A stretch of 64,000 nt of DNA, from NCBI RefSeq assembly GCF_023055435.1, contig NW_025963779.1, forward strand, positions 49,848,001-49,912,000, in the 5' to 3' direction. Below the pieces are notes generated by a model, which worked only from the letters and a program-made list of their open reading frames with translations, was not told the DNA's origin and ran no database searches. The stretch comes from Haliotis rufescens (Eukaryota). Below, piece by piece: positions 37,501 to 47,801 of the stretch. Position 1 is the stretch's first letter, and each line of letters opens with the position of its first letter. Position numbers and translations under genes: made by a program.

Positions 37501-39212
37501 TGTTCCCCACTTGGAGAAAACCTGAGAAACATGCTCCATGCTTTCGTAATTAGATACTTAAATGTGCGCATCCGCGACCTGTTCGTTGAACGGGGATGCA
37601 AGCTGATCAAGGTTGACGTAGGGACCTGCACTTTTTTAAACTTGGGATTTGACAAGTCCGAAGAATCGGAACAATGTTGACACACTCTCCCAGAAGGCTT
37701 TGAAGACCCATTTAGTGATAAGGATTTATGTGACAATGTCCACATACGTGCTGGTGTACCAGCGCTACCTGAAAAAGTATGAGCTGTACCAGAACGCGCG
37801 TTAGGCGCTTGGTATATGTTAAGCGCCAGTGTAGAAGCTAACATTTGCGCCATAATTGTAGCTGATGCTGGCGTCTGTACATAGGCATAGGCACAGGAGA
37901 CAGGTGTGCCATAGACTACTTCCACATGGATTGCAAAAAGTTTTGCATCCAATTGGTGTTCTGGAACGGTGCTGATGCCTGTGCGTACATCTGCTGCGCT
38001 GCTGCGCTAAGCTGATCATGTGTCGCTTGCGTGATGGGACAGGCTGTAAGCCCTAAGGCTGATGTCATGGTAGATGCGCCAGGGTGGTAGGCAGGCACTG
38101 CGCAAGCCCTCGAGACGCTATGCTCATCGGTGATGACTGGATCATGGCTTGCGCCTGCACTACCCTATCACGCCGTCTTGAGACGCAGGCATTCGTGTCG
38201 CAGGGATCATAGTACTGGGTGTCCCAGGCGCCTGAAAATTAGGAGTAGGTACGATACTCACAGTAGCCTCCGTCAAATGTTGACATCGGCGGAGGATGAA
38301 CATATGCAGTCACGATGAGGGGAGTCATAATACCCACCAAAGATACGGGCTGCGTAGTAAAGACAGAAGAATGTCCAGAGCTGGCATCTATCAATTGTGA
38401 CATCTGCCTCGCCACTCGACAGGACTGCTGCAAAATATGTTTGTAAGGAGAGAGAAGTGCACAAAAATTACATTTAAAGACTGCAGAGCAAATCTGCGTG
38501 CAAGCCATACAACGTGAATGAGGATCTTTGGAAGATTTTTTCCACGGCAATTAGTGCCACGCGCAAGCATAAGTTACGCAAATAAAGAATTGTTGATAGA
38601 AACAGAGTTGGAAGATTGCTATAGAATTACACAATATTCTATCAGCAAATAATTTTAAAAGTTGAAAGTGTATACAAGGATTGATACACACAAACCCTAC
38701 GTAACACAAAGCTACTAGTATTTAAAAACACATGAATATGTTATACATACGTAGCTAAGAATTGTAAACAATTTGACTACCCTTGCAGGTAAACAGTTGT
38801 CACACAAATTCAAAATAATGGGAAACGAGCCACAAGGCGGGGAAAAAGTCAAAGTCTTTTTACGCCAAATTCAACCACATAAAACAACACAAAATTCGTG
38901 AAAGTATTATTAAAGTATACATCACCCATTGTAGATAAAATTTAGAATTATAGCCGAAGCTGAAGGTCTAAATTTATCCAACTTGAAGAGCTCCGCCTAG
39001 ACACGTCCTTGCTGTACGGCGACAGGCAGTGATGTGAGGAAGGTGATTTGTCATCAAGGTCACATGACAGCGGCAGTGGTCCATGCAAAAAGCAGGAGTG
39101 AAAAGCAGAAACATCTTTATTTCTTCACCCATGACCATCGCTGGCGCTGTCTTTTTGTTGTCATAAAGTAAGCAGTGAATGCATTAAGGAGTAATGCAGG
39201 ATAAGTAAAAAA
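34541..39212 (-). mobile_element. DIRS1-type tyrosine-recombinase retrotransposon (ORFs pseudogenised, ITR+ICR intact)
   Basis: ITRs 34573-34762 and 39023-39207. ICR 34845-34929 is complementary to both outer ends. No TSD. Minus-strand remnants: gag-like Cys-rich DPHSRCMAC..C..C (38550-38430), RT/RNaseH (~37300-36150), methyltransferase-like FGQPNIDLFAT..AWAMDAFSIPWKVYAF (36060-35880), recombinase PPAWDL..PPFE..LTKKTIYLLALATAARVSEL (35330-35175). Confidence 0.92.
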
Positions 39213-41199
39213 TAATCTGTTTGGGGATATTTTTAATTAATCCAATCTTGGAATTGTGGCTGACTAAAAGCCTCCAAGAAGAGTTAGAACACTAAGATAA
39301 AAAAATAAAATAAATCCACAGATTGAGCATGTTGAGCACTGCATAGGCATGGTCAGTGTCTGCAATATGTGCAGAAGAGTCTAAAACAAAAATTACCAAG
39401 TTGCACAATTTTATATATTAACATGATTAGTGAGAGAACTGCTTTCATTTCATCAAATGAATATGACAAAAAACAAACTTCTGACACTTTGGCATCTCAC
39501 CATGATGAAAGTAATTCAAACTAAAGCTTAAATTTTCAACTGAGGACACTCGGTTCAGATCTTACGTTGTTGAACTGTCTCAGTGTTAGGAAGCTCATGA
39601 AAGTTTAAAATGTCTCAAAATATTTTCAAAACAATATATACCCAGTGGGGATCTTGGGTCCTTGAGGTTCTCCGCCATTGTATTTGAATCAAGTAAATGT
39701 TTTGACAAGGCTCCACTGACTCGCATTCTTAATTTCAAACACTGTTTATGGCTTTGGCTATGAAAGCATGTTTTCTTATAATAATCTGGATGAAAAACAA
39801 AGAAGAAAAAATGATGACCAAAACACTGATATTTCTAATCATGGCCTGACATAAACTCAGATGGGATTAAGCCGGGATTGATGCCATTGAACGACTCATG
39901 AATATATAGGCCCAAAACATAAATAAAAATAATTATTGAAATAAATTAGACAACATACCTTTACAACAAGTGTATATATAGATCTATATGGCTTACAGCT
40001 GTTAACATAATAATTCAGTATTGAAGGTAATGATATTGATAAACACAAGACTACATCATCAGTGTGAAGTGTGATCAAGCATGGATTTTCAATATGTGGA
40101 TCAATCCAAAATATTTCTGTGCTGTTGATCTGTTCTTAGCTTAGATTGAACAATCTTGAATTTCAATGTTGTTGGTCAACTAAATTAATAAATTAACTGT
40201 CCTGGACTCAAAGAGTAACATGGCTGGGGCCCATTAGCAATTCCTAGTCCACATTGTTTGTCTGCATAGCGACAACTAAAATACTATGATGTAAATGAAT
40301 CGAGCAGTTAATACTTACCCTAATTGTCGTTTGAGCAAAAGACTATTGTTTCTACTACTAACCCCAACATGTGTCTACATATTATTTTCAATAGCTTGTT
40401 TTTAGACGAAGTAACATATAGTATATGTACAAATATTAGCTAACTTAAGAAAACCAACAGAAATCTTACCAGACTCAAAACTCCTGACTAGTGGTTAAAA
40501 AGGCTATAATTACTCAGTTGACCTAAGCAGATGCAGCAATGCCTCAGTTTCACTCAGGGCACTAGTTTCACACCTGACCGCACAAAGTATATTGTCTCTT
40601 TAAGCTTTTCCATATTATTTCTTAACTTGAATTGTCATAACCGTAAGTTTGCCACACCACAATACACACTTGACAAATCACAAGAGGCTTTAGAGGTAAA
40701 TTGAACAAATGAATAAAGTGAACTTTGGCTCATATGTTTGCGGCATTATGTTACTTGGCAGTTGAGATAATTGTATCGTCCATGCTAAATACAAACAATC
40801 TTGACAAACTAAACTCCACAAGTGAAAATCTAAAAACAATTGCATTTATGATGTTCATGCTTGTTCCTCAAATAATCACCATAACCAAATTGGGATTTTA
40901 AGGCATTTGTCATGTTGATTACACATCTAAAATTATATTTATGGACAAGGCAATATGACAAAGATAAATTTATCACGGCACCTGGCAACATCCACTGGCC
41001 CACTTTGGGCCGAAATACTTCAGACATTATAATTTACAGAAACAACCTCCAATTTACAGACAGCAAATTAATTTGCAATTAGCATGATGTTCAAATGTCT
41101 TTATATTTTAATCAAATTCTCTGTCTATATATCGAGATATCGAATCATATGTAACATCTAACAAAACACGTTTAGAATTTTCCAACCCAAAATGGGCCC

Positions 41200-41760
41200 C
41201 TTATGATAACGAAACCAGCGGGTTCGCTCGCTCATTGTCTGCACTGGAATAGAACGTGGGACACACACTAAATACAACTCTACACATTTCAAACATCCGG
41301 CATATAGGCACTTGGTAGCTAAAACAGCTACCATATAGGAAGGATCTGATATAAAACCTTTCAGAACGCTATCTGTATCGATTTGAAGACGTCTAGGCGA
41401 AATGGGAAGTCACCAGATGGTTGTTTTGGTTCGGGGGTCACCTGAATATCGGTCGTTAGCATGGAAACTACGTGATCAAATGCATCCCAACTCACCTTAA
41501 ATGTCGAAATAAGTCCTTTAGTTAGTCACGACATATGAATGAAGGTAATATGAAATCACAGCACCCCAATATGGGTGTTGAGAATCGAGCAAAGTCTACA
41601 CCCAGACCCGTCGAGACAATGTCTGCTGAACCATCTAGGTCACACTGCGCGTGCGTGAAAATCGATTGGGAGTCGGATCGGCTTTTGCTGCGAAAGCGGA
41701 TCGCGTGTGTAGGTGGTGTTTGGCTGGTAGCCCACATATCATATACACCATACACAGGAA
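41200..41760 (-). promoter_or_regulatory. CpG-rich putative promoter and first non-coding exon of the ZNF gene
   Basis: Abrupt CpG enrichment; minus-strand donor AAG|GTGAGT at ~41496; tgcgcgtgcg (NRF1-like) at ~41646; CCAAT on the minus strand at ~41665. Confidence 0.5.
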
Positions 41761-43894
41761 TCTCAGAATGAAACGTCTCTAAAAATGTAACACCTTAGTT
41801 CTGCCACATCTTGGGTCGTTATGCATTTTATACGCCACATGTGTGGTTTGTGTACCACGATTCTGAAGTGATGATATCCTGTTGTTAGTCCGAAAATGGA
41901 CTGCATGTTGATTCTTCTGTCGCATTAATTATGATCTATATATTTTGAAACAATACCAAATAGATAATTATAACAAAGTTTGTTCGATATATGATCAGAA
42001 CATATAGATACAAACATTTGATGTAGGCCTGGGTATACCTCAATCATTTAAATTGATCGATTAATGGAACGGATTATTTAAGAGAAAATAAATCTTTAAG
42101 AAAATACGAATTTCATTTATAAAATAAAGTTTAAATAAATGTCCCGACATACCATGTAATCACCGTTAATAATTTCTTAAATTTACTACTCGTATATCTA
42201 ATGTTGAACAAAAAGATTAAAGAATAAAAAACAAGGATATTTATTTCACATAGGAAACACATCTAACTCTTTTTATTTGTGTATGATGGGTACAACCCAC
42301 CCCGACCTCCTAAAAAATGATAAAAGAAAAATCGTATCTTCGCTTTGCAGATGCTTATACATCTTATTCAGTTATTTCAAAATAGATTTATTGCGAATTG
42401 ACGTAATGCAAAATATTTCATTTCATCCGATACATCCACTAACAACATCTATTAATGACGCTATGTATGCTTTATTATATATAATTTACATATATTTGTA
42501 ATATTTTACTTTTGTTTACGGTCTATATATAACAGAATATAGTTTTGTATTTCAATAATATAAATATTCCAAAACAATGGAATACATTATTATTATTTAT
42601 CATAGTCACCAAATATATGTTCTATTATTTAAACACCCAGTGCATAACCATTTCCGCCCGCGTCTGGAGTTGATCAGCTCACCATCAATACGTGAATGCT
42701 GTTTCACCTACCGAACAGCTCTCACATCTGTCTAGGTCAACTGGAACATATCGTGAACCGTTTATCTTAGTGTGCACATTCTAGGGAAGACCGCCCATAG
42801 TTTTATTTTCGCACTGGCAAACCCTTAAACCATTGAGCAGTTTGAGCCTATTTCAGCCGTGGGAAGTGCGTCAAGAGCACGACAGGGGGCTTGGCTGCAA
42901 GGGAGGTAACTACAGTCAAGCACGATTTCTGCCTAACGACTGCGAGAGTGGGCAGGGTTTAACGCCGCTGACGGGAATTTTCCACTCATATCACCGCGGG
43001 AAACACCAAGAATTGGCTCCTCTTCTGACAAATGATTCGATCCGTCTCCATGGAAATGGGACAGACAAAGGAGAGTTTGGGGTTGTGTTAAGTCTTAGCC
43101 GGAAGCTATTTTGCGAAGAGCAACATGTAGGTAGTTAAACTGAATAGCCATATATATATATATATATATATCTCTCTCTCTTTGGACAGAGCTTTTTATG
43201 CATGGTCTCTATGCGCGTGTGTTTAAATCATCAAAGGAGTTTTGTGATTGAATGTTCATTAAGAATATTTACCTTTTATTTATTATAAATTATTTTATCA
43301 TAAATTAGACTTTGAGATATCAGTATAGATACATTTATTGTTATTGTTCAAGTATGTTCCCAAATCGATTGTTTATATGATACAGTCAGAGACCATATAA
43401 TAGATACAATACTTTTTTTCAATATTACAAAATACACATTAAGATATCACAAATTTCATGATGTTCATGTGTATTTGTGATATCACTAACTATTTTACGA
43501 TATCCATGATTATTTTTTCGAATTGATTTTGTGATGAAACAAGGAATTAAGAGTACAAAATTAAATCATAGGGTTCACATTGCCGCGCCCGCCTCACACC
43601 TGGGAAAGAAGTTACAGTTGTATTGTCATCTGAACATGTGTGCGGAATAAGCAACAAGATCAGTGGACTGCCAAGGTGTGCTGACGGCCAGTCTCGTATC
43701 ATGACCAAATGAGAAATGGATATCCATCACCTTCACAGTGTATGACTGAGAGTGAGAGTGAGTTTGAGTTGAATTTGCTTCATATCTTTCTATACAGTTG
43801 TGACAGAAGGATCGGAACAGCGACAGGGATCCAGTTTACACTTACCCAGAATGTCACATGACAGCTGTATATAATTATTGTCACCTGTAGTAAC

Positions 43895-45385
43895 CGCATC
43901 GAAGTACGATGACACAATTACTAGTAACCAAGTCCCAGGATAGAGGACTTACACTATCTGTCACCCGGTCGAGGTACGATGACACAAAAATGACCAAGTC
44001 AGTGATAGAGGACTTACACTATCTGTCACCCGGTCGAGGTACGATGACACACAATGACCAAGTCAGTGATAGAGGACTTACACTATCTGTCACCCGGTCG
44101 AGGTACGATGACACACAATTAACCATCTTCCCGAGTCAAGGGAGCTAACTGACTATAAAAGTCCAGTTTCCAACATTGCCGAACCAGGCTGGAATCAATG
44201 AGTTATATTTTGGCTGGACTAACGAGTATATGCATAGTCCAATCAAAAGCGCGTAACGAAATCGTCATCCGGTTCGTAAAATGCCGTGCACATTTCGGTC
44301 GAATGCAGGATTTGCAAATTATATGTACCGCCAGATCGGCGTCAACAGATATTTTCCAAATCTTTTCATGTTTTTAAGCAGGGTGCTCACGTGATTTGAT
44401 GCACTTTGCGAAGTAAGACCCGTTTTATCACAATATAGATCTTGATTATCTTTTAGATGGTCTTGATGGGCATTGCCATTTTATTTGAAGCGAGAAGTGG
44501 AATCTGAGTGGTCAATAGCAGGGCCATACATCGTAATGGTTACTGGTGGCGCTACGATCGAGCCCAGAAATTTGAGCCTAGTTCGGCAAGGGTGGAAACT
44601 CGAACTTTACAGTCCGTTACTTCTCTTTCCTCGGGGAGATGACAATTAACAAGGTCACCTGATAGATGATTCACATTGACAGTCACCCTGTCGAAAATAC
44701 GATGACACTCAATTAACAAGGTCTCATGATAGATGACTCACGAAGGAGGTCACCCTGTCGAGGTACGGTGACACTCAATTAACAAGGTCACATGATAGAT
44801 GATTCACGATGGCGGTCATCCTGTCGAGGTACGGTGACAAACAATTAACAAGGTCTCATGATAGATGACTCACGATGGCGGTCATCCTGTCGAGGTACGG
44901 TGACAAACAATTAACAAGGTCTCATGATAGATGACTCACGATAGCGGTCACTCTGTCGAGGTACGGTGACACACAATTAACAAGGTCTCATGATAGATGA
45001 CTCACGATGGCGATCACTCTGTCGAGGTATGTTGACACTCAATTAACAAGGTCTCATGATAGATGACTCACGATGGCGGTCATCCTGTCGAGGTATGGGG
45101 ACACTCAATTAACAAGGTCTCATGATAGATGACTCACGATGGCGGTCACCCTGTCGAGGTACGGTGAGACTCAATTAACAAGGTCACATGCTAGATGACT
45201 CACAATGGAGGTCACCCTGTCGAGGTACGGTGAGACTCAATTAACAAGGTCACATGCTAGATGACTCACGATGGCGGTCACTCTGTCGAGGTACGGTGAC
45301 ACACAATTAACACGGTCACATGATAGATGGCTTACACTAACGGTCATCCTGTCGAGGTATAAAGACATAGAATTATCAAGGTCAC
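43895..45385. repeat. 64-66-bp minisatellite split by a MITE (43895-44123 x~3.5; 44642-45385 x~11)
   Basis: Shared core gtcgaggtacg(a/g)tgacac..caattaac; right-hand unit caattaacaaggtctcatgatagatgactcacgatggcggtcatcctgtcgaggtacggtgacaaa (66 bp). Confidence 0.9.
44124..44641. mobile_element. Mutator-like MITE, ~65-bp TIR, 9-bp TSD
   Basis: catcttcccgag..gtttccaacattgccgaaccaggct / agcctagttcggcaagggtggaaac..ctcggggagatg. TSD acaattaac at 44115-44123 and 44642-44650. Confidence 0.88.
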
Positions 45386-45779
45386 CTGAGAGATCGCTCA
45401 CCATTGACCTGCCCAGGTATTATTTATACGAATAGTCAGTGTGACCATCCGATAGCTCTGGGTACTTAAGGGATAGACCATTTGATATTATGGTCGGTCA
45501 CTAATGTGGATCTATCCTTTGAAGTACTAAAAGAGTGCATGCAACCACAGTGTTAACTGAATGACTTAAATCAAACTTAACACAACCACAACTACAACTT
45601 CAAACACTGAGTTGAATCGTTGGAGCCATCAGTATACTTTGATTGTGTTCCATCACCTTTCTATCAAGTCAAACAGTGATAGGCTTCGAAGTTCGTGTAC
45701 AATAAAAAAGAAAAGAAAATAACTTTATTCACTCAAGGCTTAGTCAAAGCAAACGAAGAGTGTACATAGGTGTATTGTT

Positions 45780-46130
45780 ATATATAAACAAATATACAAT
45801 AGTTGTTCTATTAATGTGTACAAAGAATGTGACGAAAGAAAGAAAGCTTTCTCAGATAAAATATGTTTTTACATTGAAAGAAAGGAGTCATTTTGAAAAT
45901 TGATGGTCAATTAATGTTATAAGAAGATAGGAAGCCTCTTCTTGTTTCATTGAAATACACACCATTAAGCAAGTGATCGTATTCATCTACAGTGTCATTT
46001 GATGGACATAATATACATTTGTGTCTCATGAGAGGAGTGTTGTCCCGTCTATCTGGCCTGTCTCCAGAATGTATCATGAATTCATATATCAAAATGAAAC
46101 TATTTCAACATCATATGATAGGATGAGAGG
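45780..46130 (-). mobile_element. Degenerate LINE ORF2 C-terminal fragment
   Basis: ORF 45907-46092 (RHKCILCPSNDTVDEYDHLL..F..TR..FL) resembles the R-C-x2-C..DE-H C-terminal motif of non-LTR retrotransposons. Confidence 0.5.
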
Positions 46131-46315
46131 AAAACGTTTGATAAGCAAAAATGAACACAAAGCATCATATCAATTGACCTACGTACACATAGTGTACACA
46201 TTTGAACACATATAACCTGTTTGGCACGGAACATTCGTGTAAACATTGCTGAAATATATACAAGAACACTCGCATCAGACAATGTTACATTGATTGGATC
46301 TATCAAGCCACATGC

Positions 46316-46481
46316 GTGAGTGAGTGGGTATGGTTTTACGCCGCTTTTAGCAATATTACAGCAATATCACGGCGGGGGACACAAGAAATGGGCTTCACAC
46401 ATTGTACCCATGTCGGAAATAGAACTCGGGATTTCGGGGTGACGAGCGAACGCTTAAACCACTAGGCTACCCGACCGCCCC
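46316..46481 (-). mobile_element. tRNA-derived SINE, family 3 (full-length)
   Basis: Reverse match to 11143-11312; head GGGGCGGTCGGGTAGCCTAGTGGTTAAGCGTTCGCTCGTC. Confidence 0.85.
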
Positions 46482-46705
46482 TTCAAGCTACATGAGGTGA
46501 ATTATGTGCGGAAGTGGAGAGAACCACTGTGATACTCCAACATATAACACCTGATACGTCATGTCCACAAACAACTGGTTGATAGCATGAGCACCAATAT
46601 ACGGCTTTGTGGTACAACAAAACACAATCATGCACTGCCACCACTCAATCGCAATGTCATCGTGGACACTTGCGACAAACACGGGATGCTGGTCATGAAG
46701 ACATA

Positions 46706-47327
46706 CTCTGCTCTACGTCTCCTACCACTGGGGCGGGGTTTAGGGTGTAGAGCCAACCTCTGCTCTACGTTTCCTACCACTGGGGCGGGGTTTAGGGTGT
46801 AGAGCCAACCTCTGCTCTACGTCTCCCACCACTGGGGCGGGGTTTAGGATGTAGAGCCAACCTCTGCTCTACGTCTCCCACCACTGGGTCGGGGTTTAGG
46901 ATGTAGAGCCAACCTCTGCTCTACGTTTCCTACCACTGGGGCGGGGTTTAGGGTGTAGAGCCAACCTCTGCTCTACGTCTCCCACCACTGGGGCGGGGTT
47001 TAGGGTGTAGAGCCAACCTCTGCTCTACGTCTCCCACCACTGGGGCGGGGTTTAGGATGTAGAGCCAACCTCTGCTCTACGTCTCCCACCACTGGGGCGG
47101 GGTTTAGGGTGTAAAGCCAACCTCTGCTCTACGTCTCCCACCACTGGGGCGGGGTTTAGTATGTAGAGCCAACCTCTGCTCTACGTCTCCCACCACTGGG
47201 GCGGGGTTTAGGGTGTAAAGCCAACCTCTGCTCTACTTCTCCCACCACTGGGGCGGGGTTTAGGGTGTAAAGCCAACCTCTGCTCTACTTCTCCCACCAC
47301 TGGGGCGGGGTTTAGGGTGTAGAGCCA
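46706..47327. repeat. 52-bp G-rich minisatellite x~12
   Basis: Unit tgctctacgtctcccaccactggggcggggtttagggtgtagagccaacctc. Confidence 0.95.
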
Positions 47328-47431
47328 GCATTACATCCTAATCGACTTCTTTTCTAATTTTGTTATGGTATAGTTGGTTGTTGCTCATCACTGTAGTTCT
47401 GTCCTCTGATGTCATAGGAATTTACCCGTAA

Positions 47432-47670
47432 ACGGGTGGATCGGTCGTCTAAGGTGCTGCGATTCGCTATACTAGAAACCTATGATCGCGGTTTCGAGTC
47501 TTGGTAGACCTGATTTTTTTTCTAGGTTTGTCAGAAACGTTTCCGTGCTCGTGGGTTTCACCAATGTGGTACAAGATCTGCATCGATTCGGGCTTTCGTC
47601 TGTCATCAAGCTGTCTCGCCCTGATATAACTGATATACTGTTTAATGCAGCGTTATACCCATCTCACTCA
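47432..47670 (+). mobile_element. Diverged family 2 SINE
   Basis: acgggtggatcggtcgtctaaggtgctgcgattcgct..agaaacctatgat..ccgtgctcgtgggtttcacc..ctcactca; reverse match to 8654-8925. Confidence 0.75.
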
Positions 47671-47801
47671 GTACATGGTTTACCACCTTTCTACTCAGTA
47701 CTGTAGAAAAACAGTAGAAAAACAGTAACCAAACCCCGGTGTTTCTACAGTTTCAGTTACTGTTTTTCGGCAGACCTGGTTGTCGGTCTGGAATGGATGT
47801 G

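Noticed and set aside
46706-47327. Interstitial telomere
   Set aside because: There is a single TTTAGGG per 52-bp unit, not tandem TTAGGG.
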